DNA from: Epithemia pelagica
Lineage: Eukaryota; Protista; Bacillariophyta
Assembly (NCBI GenBank): GCA_946965045.2
Contig: OX337240.1
Coordinates: forward strand, 2,418,001 to 2,482,000
DNA length: 64,000 nucleotides
Direction: 5' to 3'
The notes beneath the pieces are model-generated. The model was given only the letters and a program-made list of their open reading frames with translations, was not told where the DNA came from and made no database searches. This document shows positions 1 to 11,600 of this stretch, in pieces. The position numbers were made by a program, and so were the translations under genes. Every line of letters starts with the position of its first letter. The first letter of the stretch is position 1.

Positions 1-2943
1 AAGAATACAGGCGGCAGCGGCTTCGCGGACTGCGTGGTAGTTAATGGCGTTGAGTCGCTTGGAGAGGATAGACGAGGGAATACTGGTGTTCTTGACGACT
101 CCACGATTATCGCACATGACATCGGCGGGCTCTGGCACAGGAACACCGAACATTCGTAATTTATAGCGGAGGGCGACAATCATTTCCTTCGCAATCCGCA
201 TGGCAACGAACTTGCTCCCAAAGCTAGATGTCTCGACGGTGTTCTGCCTCTTGGAGAACCACAAGATGGGTGCATTTTGGACGAAAATCAAGACTCCACT
301 GTGGGAGCGCCGAGTCACCAGGTTGCCCGCATGGTCGGCATCAACGAAGCAAGTGATCCTGACTGGCCTCCCGAGTGGTTCAGGCATGGTAGCGGGTAGT
401 TCTTCTGCGACGTTGCCATAGAATTCCCGCCATTCATCAACCGGTACTTGTGCAAAACAGGTCTCATCAATTCGCACGTCCTTTGGGTCGAAGACAATCT
501 TGAGTTTCAGGTACCTCTTGAGGAATGCAAAAATGTGGTACACAGCTTCGAGATGTCCGAACCTTGGATTGGCCAAATACTGGGACATGATAGATACCTC
601 GAGGTAAATATCAACACGTCCAAGTTCAACGGCCCACCGTAAAATACCAATCAACTGTTGAAACCTGGTAGTGCCCTCTGGCCCCAGTTCGGGACTCGTG
701 TCTAGCTCAGGCTTATATGAGGATATGACCGGCACCTTCGCTGTGGTTTTAAGGTGCTTGCCGTCCCCGTCTTTCTCCAACATATCCTCGACAATTCGCA
801 CAGCATTGGTAATATATTTCTCACTTGTCATCCCCCAAGCCCAGCTACCATCCGGTAGGCTAGTATGTTTGTAGATCTGTGCCCCAAGGTACACACTGGG
901 CTCGCCTGTGCTGCCTGCCTTAATCTTGTAATGACTGTCTATTTCGTCAAGAACAGGCTGTGGTTTCTCACTGACCAATAGGATATCGTCAACGTAGACC
1001 AATATTAGCTCGTAGTATTCCTCGCCCGACTCGCGCTTGGCCTTCCTTCTCAACACGCAAGGGTCTGCTCTCGTGTCTGCAAAGCCCATGTCGTACAGAG
1101 TATTCATCAAGGTCGCTCTCCAGCTCGCGCCCGATGACTTCAGCCCGTACAATGCTCTGGTCATGACACACACTTTCCCTTTGTCCTCCGTACCTACCTC
1201 AGAGCCACCTAGGAACCACACTTTCTCACGGCACGGCGCGTTTAGGTAGGCGTTACCAATATCGCACGCCAGGATGTTCAACCCATTCAACGCTGCAATC
1301 AACAAATGCCACTCGTATTGAGTCCCTGCTGACCACACTTGAGTAGGTTAGACTAGCCGGTGCGTCCGTCATGTGGCCACCCGCGACCAGCCGTGCTTTT
1401 CTTGTTAGGTCCATCTTGATGTCGAACACCATGTGACACTTAATTTCGGTGTAACCGACCAATTGTCGCCCGGCGCGCACTTCCCCCAAATCGAGATCTT
1501 CTCGTGATTCCCAGGATACATTAACTACTTTTAGTTCTTTCTCGATTGCCCTAGCCCAATAGTCGGTTCCCGTCTCCTTGTCGATCGCGAGTGCTTCATC
1601 AACCGAGTGCGGCAATCGAATTCCGAACTTTTCCGTCGTCTTCCAGTATTTCTTCTTTACCTTGTTAATCATCCTACGCATATGATTCAATGTCTGCGGA
1701 ACCCACCAGTGGAACGCCGGCTCGTTCTCTATTCCTTGGGCCACCGCGTATTCCGCCAGATCGATTGGATATCCGTCCTTGACATCTTTCAAGGGCATCC
1801 ATACTTGCGAACCATCCATGAGTTCGACCGCGATCTGCCAACCCTTTGTCGTCCTCTTTGGGTGCTTGTTTCCATTCTGCCCCAGAATGAATCCTTCGTC
1901 TCGTGGGACCGCGTCCCCGTCTTTCCTGTGCCCTACGATTTCCTTGAATAGCAAGAATTCCTTGCCCTCGTCATCGATCTTGGCAAACAGGTTCTCTGCG
2001 ACGACGTTCGCAGTATACTCGTGGATTATCCCACCGGGAAACTTGACTTCGTAAGTACGCGTATCGAACAGAGGATTCTTATTTCTTCTACCGATGGGCT
2101 TTCCATCTAACCCTTTCTGCCTTTTCACCACAGTTCCGATTATCTCTTCCCCACCAAAATCCATCTTTATTTGGGCTCCGACATATTCATCATACGCGTT
2201 TCCCATCTCATCGGCTTCTGGCTTCGCCTCTTGAACCATCTTGCCATACTCTTCATCGGACGGGACGAGTCCCCGTCTTCTCCATTCCTCTTCCTCGACC
2301 TCCACGTCCTCGAGGTACCCTGGTTTTCCGTCGCTGTCGTCGGTGAAGTTTGCATCATTCAGCCTTTCCGCAACAATCAACTGGAATTCTTTCATCTTTT
2401 GGCGGATCTCCTCTCGCTCCTGATCGGCCTTGGTTATGTGTTGAACGGTGGTCCTTGCTACGACCTTCCCGGATTTGGTCAAAATCCAGTAGCAGAGATC
2501 GCTTCCGACTCGGTGGGCGACACCCAGCCAGTACCCTAGGTGTGCTTGCTCCTCTGTGGCGTCCGACTTCTGGTTGGTATGGTACCATACCATGTCGAAA
2601 AACTCGAAATCAATCCACTAGGATATGTCTGGGGTCTCCCCAGTGAGTCGTTCAATGCCGGAACGGCCGTCGTGTCCCTGGGCGACTCGACTGAGGAGAC
2701 CAGCCTCATACACCAGGCCATAATCCCAAAGTATGGTCGGAATCTTTCGGTCCTGCATGCGTTGCCGCCACCGTTGTTTCAACAATCCGATTTCCCTTTC
2801 GGCTTTGTGATTCTGCTTACCAGTCCCTTTTTCTGCCCAATGCATGCCGATGCGGTGGTAGCGGGATAGCTTTTGAAACAAGGTGTTTCCCCCCTGTCTG
2901 CTCTCCGGCTAAGTCAGCTGTGAGCTTGTCCGGAACGCCAACT
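1..2943 (-). pseudogene. integrase-RT-RNase H of copia element 1, interrupted
   Basis: Reading frames VGVPDKLTADLAGEQTG (about 2940-2880), ORF 2618..2881 and ORF 1253..2593. After a frameshift the frame continues open to position 1 (ACDIGNAYLNA...YVDDIL...RRSHSG). Confidence 0.88.
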
Positions 2944-5906
2944 TAGCTTGCCCAGCGTGTGCTTTAGATGTCATAGGATAAACAGCGGTAAAACCACCGT
3001 TGGTGAAAACTTGGGCACATTTGTTTCCTGACAGCGATAGGGTCTTACTGAAAAGGGCGTCCGTGTATAGTTGGGTGTTCAAACGATTTCGGTGCAATGC
3101 TAGATTGTCTACCCGGTATCGACGCGTAATGGGTGCAACAGCAGTCCGGATCCCCTGCTGGGTGGTCACACGGAGGGTGTTCCGGGCGGCACCAAGTCCA
3201 ATTTTCCATTTGCGACTCAGCGATTCCGCAGATATGCCCGAGTGCCTGGACGTCTCCAATTGCGAGACCGACGCTAGCTCGCGTCCGATCCCGGTTGGTT
3301 CAAGGATTGAGGACACGTGTCCAATATCCGCAACTGCCACACCGTACGCTTCTTCGTACGGACTCGCACCGGGTTGTGACAGATCTACGTGCTTTGGGTC
3401 CCACGTTTCTTGCCTAGTTAAGACAACATGAGGTAGCTGCTCTATTTCCCGATGACTAGGTGCTCGGGATTCGAAATAGATTGTAGTGCCTTGATTCGAG
3501 AATGGAATAAAGATACCATCGGCCCAAATGCCGAAGCCTTCCTCTCCCTGGCGTGTCGGGTCGTCACGGACCACGTGTCCCGCGTGACGGATCTGATTTT
3601 GATTCAACAAAGTTTTCCCCAACTTGGATCCGAACCACAACATTTGGTGCCCCACAACAATCGTCTCGACGCCAGTCTTCTCTTCTCGGATCAATGTTGC
3701 ACAAGTTGCAACGGGCACGTACTGTGTGCCTACTTGGTTTCCGGCAAAGTCGTTGACGGAGCATTCCACCCCTGTTGTCTCCATCAGCGTCCAGTTGGCC
3801 CCAGCACAACACGTGTCCGCCAGGGTGTCCATTTCGTTTCGCCCCTTCATCATGCCATCCGACTCTGCATTCAACAACCAACCCTGTTCTACCTTTCCAA
3901 CGAATCTGCGTGGTCCACAGGTGACCATAGACACTCCTCGTCCCTCGTCGTAATCGGCATATGCCCCAGCTCCGAAGCGGCGCCCGTTGGTGCTACCTCG
4001 GTCGCCCGTTCCTTCCGCGGCCCGTTCCCCCTCGCCACCATGGCCTCCGTCCTGTCGATTCTCGTCAGTTTCGACCGCGCCGACATCCCGGCCGCCACGT
4101 CCCCCGCCATTGCCTCGACCACCGTTGCCTTGTCCGCCGCGCCCACGGCCGCCTCTACCACCACGGCCTGGTGCGCCGTTCGTCGGAGGCAGTTGTCCTC
4201 TAAGGCGCGCACGTTCATCAAACACGTAGCGTTGTCCGGTCACGCCCAAGGTTGCCATCTCATGGGTAGTGAAGCGCCGATTAACATCGGTGACGTCGAC
4301 ACCGTACAAAGTATACACCCCGTTGGAATGGCTGAGGCCCTGAATGTGACGCGGGCGGCTGTTGGCCTCAGAAACGAAGCGGTGTCGATTCTGGCGTGTC
4401 CCCCCAAGAACCGCCTGCGGGAACAACTCAGCCACTTCGGTCGAAATGTAGGAGATGGCAGCTTGCAGGTCAGAGCGGTGATTACTGCGGACGTGACCTT
4501 TGATCACTGCGAACTCGGGGGTACTGATCTTGATGTTGTCAAGCAAGATCTTGACTTGATTGGACGCTGTGCGACGGTTGTCAGTGGACTCGAGGGTACG
4601 AAAGGCACGCAACAACTTGGCGGAATACGCATCAAAACTAAAGATGCGTTCATTATTATAGAAGATGTTTTCTAAAACAGCCTCAGCCTTGATGATACGT
4701 TTTTCTTTCTGGCCGCCCCCGTCGTAGTGAGCAACAAGGGCAAGCCAAGCTCCACGGCCGTCTTGGGATCCTTGGAAAGGTTGGATCCATGTAGCTTGTT
4801 GGTCCTTGAAGAGATCGCTCAAAAGGCGATATACTTGACGGTTGTCTTCTCGATAGAAAGCTCCTCGAAGAGGGTAGCTATACATCTCTTGCTCACGGGC
4901 AGTCGTAAAGACGTGCCCCGGTGCAACATCGGGACGAATGACATAATCAATCGCTACCTTCTGTTTTCCCATGACGTTCGATAGATACGTCGGGAACTCC
5001 AAACTCCACTCTTCCCAGTTTTCCTCTTTGAGAACGTCGGGCTTGATGTCCGGCAACGTATCATTGTTGTCAGCTATCTCCATAGCATACAGGGCAGTGG
5101 ATAGCGCCAAGACGTCGAATTCTCCCGCGAGGATGACACGACCCTGACGTCGAGCCCGTCCGGCCCAAAAACAGAGGCCTTGAATGTTCAAGACGACGCC
5201 AGTCGGAATGCTGACCGGGGGATTCCGTTTCTCCAAGCGCGAAGCAAGTTGGGAAACGTCATCGGGCCCCATCCTTCCGAACGCAAGCATCGTATTAAGC
5301 CTCTCCGTCACTTCAAGTGCGTAAATTTCTTGAGGACTTGCTCCACACACTGTTAGGGCCATGCCTACAGCGGATAGAGGTGCAGCCCCACCGGGCAATC
5401 CACCTCCTCCGCCACATCCTGGCGCTCCTGGTGCTCCTCCCGGCGCTCCTGGTGCTCCTCCGTGGCCACCACCGCCGGCACCACCGCCACCACCACCGCC
5501 TCCTCCGGCACCACCACCGGCACCTCCACCAGCGCCTCCTCCGGCGCCTCCTCCAGCGCCTCCTCCGGACACCTCCTCCGGCGCCTCCTCCAGTACTACC
5601 ATGAGTACCGCCTGCGGTGCCCCCAGCACCTCCGACAGCGCTACCACCAGCGCCCATGTATGCGGTGCCCCCAGCACCTCCGATAGCCCCGCCGTGGGAC
5701 CCATGTCCAGCGTGTCCGCTGGTACCTGCACTTCCGCTGGCGCCATCGCCAGGGTTTCCAGGACCGCTCATACGAGCATCCGTCCCATTGGTTGAAGAAC
5801 CGTTGGGCACGGCGTTCTTCGGGATTCCTCCGTCCTTCGGATTCCCCTTCGCGGTGTTCACACCGTTCTTCGTCGTAGAGCGCGTCGTCGTCGTCATCTT
5901 TCTCAC
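2909..5906 (-). pseudogene. gag-protease-(start of integrase) of copia element 1, with a Gly-rich N-terminus, frameshifted
   Basis: ORF 2909..5746 has Gag-like DYVIR/DGRGAW motifs and an aspartic protease motif. The Gly-rich start lies in ORF 5313..5906 and joins through a 1-nt insertion in a GGAGGAGGCGCC repeat near 5570. Confidence 0.8.
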
Positions 5907-5931
5907 CTTATCCGTCTTCCGTCAGTGGGTC

Positions 5932-6120
5932 TGATAAACTCACTTATTCGCGTCGTGGCAAAAAGCAAGTTCCTTATTCAACAAAAGACTAAGCTTAAGG
6001 TGCTACATTCCCTTTCCAGTACGGAGGTAATCGGTAATGACCGTTGGGCCTCATTTTTCCCCCATGACTCCCTATTACCCGTGAATCGTTGATTCCCGCT
6101 CTATCAGTCAGAATGAAACA
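5932..6120 (-). repeat. putative 5' LTR of copia element 1 (about 189 bp, TG...CA)
   Basis: Non-coding segment upstream of gag bounded by TGTTTC...TTATCA on the minus strand. The second LTR is outside the window, so the boundaries are unconfirmed. Confidence 0.35.
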
Positions 6121-6545
6121 TGATAGCTTCAGCTGTGACCGTGACTGTGACTGGGATCCTCCGCATTCGCTGTCTACTCTTTCGCGCTCACCGCAGTTAC
6201 TGTGCGTTGGTGCGAGTAGCGCGGATCGGACCCGCCAGTCTCTTTCCTTGCGGTTCAAGGGATCAGCACCGCGGTGCGGGTCCAACCACGGATCATCGCG
6301 CGAAGATCGGTTCGAGAACTTGCTACCTGCTACAAAAAGGATTCGCTCATAATTTTTTGTTTCATTTTTCTAGTAGGAGTAGTAACTCAAATCTTATCTC
6401 GTTGTTGTTGTTGTCCTTTCAGATCATGACAGTGGTTTTCTCATTCAGTTACAAAGCAACGCCAGCTAGCCATCATACAGCCATGGTATACCTCTCAGCT
6501 TTAGTTGGTGTTTAGTGTAGGGCAATGGTCTCATTTTTGGGCAGT

Positions 6546-6814
6546 TATCAGCGTTCATGCGCCTCCTCCATTCACTCCCACACATACAACAAAAATATCG
6601 ACCTCGCACTACACCCAACTTAGTCCTTAGTCATAATTTGAGAAGTAACAAAACTTGCACTACAGTTTACATTCGTCCCTAGCAGATTCTAACGAACTGC
6701 AAACCGGAACTCTTCCGAATGACCATGGGAACCTCCCTCACCGGAACGGCCGCCTCATTCGGATATTCTACGAACAACTCGTCGGGTGGAACAGAAAACT
6801 CCTTCACAATGAGA
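6546..6814 (+). repeat. 5' LTR of element 2
   Basis: Direct repeat of 13364-13632. Confidence 0.95.
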
Positions 6815-8578
6815 GGTTATAAGCCCAAGCGGTTCCACTGGGTTGTAACAGTATTCACCTTACTGATGACCGTTTACTCACCGACAAGAATTGTTTTACT
6901 TAATGATTCATTCGTGGTACGACAAATCTCATCTGTGCCCCGTACACGAATCCGAACCCTGACGCGACCAACACTCGGCAACTGGGAGTCAACATTGCAG
7001 TTGGAGACTTGGTCCACCAACCAGAACACTCCGTTACAGGGCCCAACACAACTTGGAGCATGGGAACAACTACCACTCACTTTTTGGTCCAATCCAAAAC
7101 AGACTCACTCTTTCCGCTTACCTTCGTTGTTGAGTTCCTTGCCTTTGCCTACTACCTTTGAGACCATGAAGATCCCTACTCCTGTTTCGACGCCCAAGAA
7201 GACCTCTGGAGTCGGTTCCCTTTCGGCCGATACCCAGATGAACGGTATCACTCTGACTGCTGCCAAGAGTCGTACTTTCGAACTCGGAGCTTTCGCCGAC
7301 ACGGTCTCTCCAGCCTATCGCAGTTCCTTATCCGGGAAGACCCTGTTTGACTTTCGTAACGAAGCCGTCGTTGGACTTACACCCCCCTTCAGTTTCACCT
7401 GGGCTGTTGTTAGTACGACCGACGACAAGTCCTTCTTCGACGACAACAACAAGATCATGATGCAACTTTATGCCCTCAAGACACGTCTTACGACGTATTG
7501 TATGCATTCGGTGTTTGATATCCTTCCTGTTGATGAAGAGACTGGCATTTTGGACTCGTCAGGTGCTACTATGAATTTACTCGACCATGCCTGTTCGCTT
7601 TCTGAGACTCAAGTCCGCTTGAGTAACCAGATCTATGCCGAACGCACTACCGACAGTCTGCACCCGCAGAACCTGTCTTGGATTCAGGACTTGTTGCTTG
7701 CCTCCTGTGATGGGACTCTTCGTGCCGATCTGGAAAACCGTTTGGTCACGATCCCTGATAACGAGCAGGGTGGCCCCTTGGTTCTTCACATGATCCTCAC
7801 GCAACTCATGACGACTACTACCGACGCCGCTCGTGGTATTGTTCGCCGATTGGAGAAACACAGTGTCACTACCTATCCTGGTGAAAACATTAATCAGTTT
7901 TGCCTTACGTTTAACAATGTGGTTCTACGTTTTAACTTGAGCGGACATGTTCCAGCAGACATTTGCAGCATCTTCGTCGAACGGCTTCTTACTTGCACGG
8001 TTCCGAAGTTTCTCAGCATAATGGACTACTTGGAGAATCATGATGACCCCGTCCTCCAAGACTTTTTCGGATTGCGCGAACGTGTCGTGGCAAAATACCA
8101 TTCTCTCTTACTGTCCGAGAAATGGCTTCCGACCGTCAAGACCGATACCTCCGCTTTTCCTGCTCTCACTGAGACCAAGAAAGCCGCTCCGGTTGGAACC
8201 TCCAAGTCAAACAATTGTGGTCGTCGTCCTCCTTTACCGATCGACACTACTCCTCCTGGTCCTGGTGAGGCCAACTCCAAGCCTCATCCGACGAATCCCA
8301 AGCGCAAATTGTGGTGGTGTGCCTTGTGTCCCAATGGTACTCCCAACGGCATTGGCCGCTGGGGTAATCACAGCACAGACCGTCATGACCCCACCAAGGT
8401 GAATGCCAGTCGCTCTCCTGCAGCCAACTCCTCTGACACGGCTGCCATTGCGAACACTACGGATTCTTCTCCAGCTGCAGACACTCCTTTGACCGACAGT
8501 GCCACTGCTGCACCGACTACTGCGCCACCCCAGACTTACGCCAATGTTGCCCTTACCTCCTTGCGGGATTTTCGCTAG
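6719..8578 (+). CDS. gag: Gag of element 2; the true start may be the ATG at 7166
   Basis: 619-aa ORF between the PBS and pol, with a C-terminal WWCALC...WGNHSTDRH Cys/His motif. The first ATG falls inside the LTR. Confidence 0.85.
   Translation: MTMGTSLTGTAASFGYSTNNSSGGTENSFTMRGYKPKRFHWVVTVFTLLMTVYSPTRIVLLNDSFVVRQISSVPRTRIRTLTRPTLGNWESTLQLETWSTNQNTPLQGPTQLGAWEQLPLTFWSNPKQTHSFRLPSLLSSLPLPTTFETMKIPTPVSTPKKTSGVGSLSADTQMNGITLTAAKSRTFELGAFADTVSPAYRSSLSGKTLFDFRNEAVVGLTPPFSFTWAVVSTTDDKSFFDDNNKIMMQLYALKTRLTTYCMHSVFDILPVDEETGILDSSGATMNLLDHACSLSETQVRLSNQIYAERTTDSLHPQNLSWIQDLLLASCDGTLRADLENRLVTIPDNEQGGPLVLHMILTQLMTTTTDAARGIVRRLEKHSVTTYPGENINQFCLTFNNVVLRFNLSGHVPADICSIFVERLLTCTVPKFLSIMDYLENHDDPVLQDFFGLRERVVAKYHSLLLSEKWLPTVKTDTSAFPALTETKKAAPVGTSKSNNCGRRPPLPIDTTPPGPGEANSKPHPTNPKRKLWWCALCPNGTPNGIGRWGNHSTDRHDPTKVNASRSPAANSSDTAAIANTTDSSPAADTPLTDSATAAPTTAPPQTYANVALTSLRDFR
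6815..6826 (+). promoter_or_regulatory. primer-binding site, half-tRNA-iMet type (GGTTATAAGCCC)
   Basis: Lies immediately after the LTR and resembles the Drosophila copia PBS GGTTATGGGCCC, which pairs with the initiator tRNA anticodon stem-loop. Confidence 0.65.
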
Positions 8579-8610
8579 GGCGGGTGTTTCTCCAGCACTC
8601 CAATGCCCTC
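8566..8610 (+). promoter_or_regulatory. candidate -1 programmed ribosomal frameshift signal (G GAT TTT heptamer plus downstream hairpin)
   Basis: Heptamer 8566-8572 is in the gag frame just before the TAG. The -1 frame (GGA TTT TCG CTA GGG CGG GTG TTT...) is continuous with pol. A stem AGGGC...GCCCT begins 4 nt downstream. Confidence 0.7.
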
Positions 8611-11600
8611 TATCCTCCTTGGTTGGACACCATTCTTTGTTGGCTTTGCCTCTGTGGTTGGTTTTGTTTGATCTCGACGGTTGATTGTTTCGTGTTGACT
8701 TTGGTAGGTTGTTTGTATCGGTTTACGTCGTCCAGTCGAGCTCACCTTCGTCATCTCAATCGGTTGCTTCCCAAACCTCCGTTCCACTTTCCACCTAGTG
8801 GTTTCGATAGTCGCCTTTGCTTATCCAATCATGTGATTTGTTTGACTCCACTCTCGGTCCTTTACCTTGCCTTTCATCTCCTCATGTTCACGTCGTCAAC
8901 TCACCCTTTGGGAGTCATGAGTTTCACTCCTCCACGGGTCAGGGGCGAGCATGGTACGAGAACACGAAGACGAACATGGTCCAAGTCAAGATCTGCCACG
9001 AATTGGAACCATTGGCCCACGATACGTGCTTTACGTTTACACAATCACACGGTTGATTGTTATGACAAGCTCAAGCTCTTACCTTTATCAAGAGATCCCA
9101 AGATATACACCCTTGGTCCCGATTTTAGCAATCTTTTACGTGCGAATTGTGAGACACCCCGTCTCACATACCGGTATGCCATGCATCATATCGATCCGAC
9201 CATGATCGTATCTCAAGCCACTCAAGTCGACGATGCTCCAAGTGATCCAGTGGTACCCATTATCCTTGACACCGGCGCATCAAATGGTTTAACCATGAGT
9301 GAGGATGATTTTGTGGAGTTGGTATACGGCAATTACGGATCCATGTCCACTGCCGCAAGTGACAACCGCTTTCCTATCATCGGCACCGGTATTGTTGGAT
9401 ATGACGCCATTCACGAAGACGGCACTGTACGACGATGGGTTTACCCGGCCAATCTCTGTAAGGCAGCTGGTACAAGACTTTGTTCTCCACAGATTAACGC
9501 TGCTTACCTCCGACAAGACCAGCGTTTCCCTACTTTCGTCAGCAACCAATCATTCGCAAGCATTATGATTGACAAGGAATCCGAACGGCGCATCACTGTA
9601 CCCATCGACTATTCCAGTAATCTCCCCATCGTTCGAGTGAAGCACATCAAGCAACAAACTCAAGCAACGGCCCAGCACCGACCGGTTGATTGTTGTTGCG
9701 GATTTAATCAGTGGTGTCGATGTCCTTTGGAAACTACATCCGTGACCACTAAACAGCTCACATTGCATCAGTTCTTGGCTGAACATGACGAAAATCCCTT
9801 GGACGAGACGAATCGGAACTTGAGTCGACCACAGAAGCAATTGTTGTTGGATCATCAACGCTTGGGACATATTCATATGCGTCGTATCCAGAGGCTCTAT
9901 CGTGACAACTCCAACTCTGACCCAAGCGATGAAACATTGTCATGTCTACCTTCCACCTTCAAGAGTAGTGGCAGTTGCGATGCACCACAATGCTTGGCAT
10001 GCTTGTACGCCAAAGCTCGACGTCGGCCAACCCAATCCAAGGCTAATGTACCACACTCTCAAGCTGGCCATTTGACTCCAACAGACCGAAAACTCTCTCT
10101 CGGTGAATTGGTTTCCATGGATCACTTCGAGTCCACTGTTCGTGGTCGCCTTTGGCATACACGAGGCCGCGAAAGACCAGAGCATCATTTTGTGGGTGGC
10201 ACCATCTTCTTCGACCATGGTTCAAAAGCCATTTTCTGCTATCCACAAGTCTCCCTTGGAAGCAGTGACACCATTAACTCCAAGAACCAATTCAAAGTTT
10301 CCCTCCATCAAGCTGGTCGCCAGGTTACTCGATACCATTCCGATAACGGTGTCTTTACATCGGACGCTTTTCAGGAATCTCTCAAGACCAACCGGAACAC
10401 TTTTCCTTCTCCCTTGAGCACACTTTCGGGTGTTGGAGCTCATCATGCCAACGCAGGTGCTGAACGGGCAATTCAGACAGTCACATACATGGCCCAAGCC
10501 ATGATGATCCATTGTCACATCCGATGGCCATCCGCATTTTCACCGTCCTTGTGGCCCATGGCACTCGAATACGCCACTTGGATATACAATCACATTCCAC
10601 AAGAAGACAATGACATGTGTCCAATGGAAGTGTTCTCCGGCACCAAGATCGATTGTACCCTGCTGCGTCGAGTCCGTGTGTGGGGATGTCCCAGTAACGT
10701 TTTGGATCCAAAATTGCAGGATGGTAAGAAACTTCCCAAGTGGGCGCGCCGGTCTCGCCGTGGTCAGTTCCTGGGTTTCTCTCCCCAACATTCTAGCCTG
10801 GTGGGCATGATTCGGAATCTGGACACTGGCCACATTTCCCCTCAGTTTCATGTGGTGTACGACGAATTATTTATGTCCGTCAGTAGCACGTGGTCATTCC
10901 CCCAAGACAACAGTTTACCCGACTTCTTTACCCGCGATCACTATCTTGACGACCATGATCCGACGCGCGATGGACCGTTACCCGACTTGGATTCGGTTTG
11001 GTCCCTTCCCAAGGTATCCTTCGATGACACTTCGTCCCTTCCAGTTCCGAAGGTCCCCGAGGGCGAGCATGCAGAGCACCCTTCTCACGACCAGTCTGCT
11101 ACACCAGGTACACCGTTAGATCTTGGTCGTAACCATCGCCGGACGACTCTTGAATCTCATCCTAACGTGACACCCATCCAGTTGGACGATATCGATCCTC
11201 TGTCACCACTTGCCGAGACTGACGAAACTGACTCCTTCGACTCTACTTCCGATGACATGCCTCTAACACCTTGTTCAAAACCGGGCGAGTCGTCACCCAG
11301 TTCAAAATCGGGCGAGTCATTACCCAGTTCAAAATCGGGCGAGTCATTACCCAGTTCAAAATCGGGCGAGTCCTTACCCAGTTCAAAATCGGGCGAGTCG
11401 TCACCAAGTCCAGCCTCCGACGCGATCCATGAACCCACGACGGGTCGACCTCACCGTCAACGTCGTGCTCCAGTACGATTTCCAGACAATGCGGATTCCC
11501 ATCAAGACAGTTCCTGGGCACACACAAGTTCCACAGAGCAACGTTTCTCTATGACGGCTATCTACGACGATCCGACAGCCTTTGGGCACTATGCCAACTC

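Larger units (their letters stand above)
1..6120 (-). mobile_element. Ty1/copia LTR retrotransposon, decayed; 3' end and 3' LTR lie beyond the window start
   Basis: Minus-strand order is Gag, protease (EMDTLADTCCAG), integrase, RT (KARLVAGGH, LYGLKSSG, YVDD) and RNase H (FVDADHAG, CDNRGVV). Lesions: frameshifts near 5570, 2943 and 1303, and a TAG at 2618-2620. Confidence 0.93.

Noticed and set aside
5900-5931. PBS for copia element 1
   Set aside because: No TGG, GGTTAT or self-complementary site could be identified, and the LTR boundary is unconfirmed.
11273-11408. Regular 27-bp repeats as a CRISPR array
   Set aside because: The repeats are head-to-tail with no spacers, in frame inside pol, and there are no cas genes.
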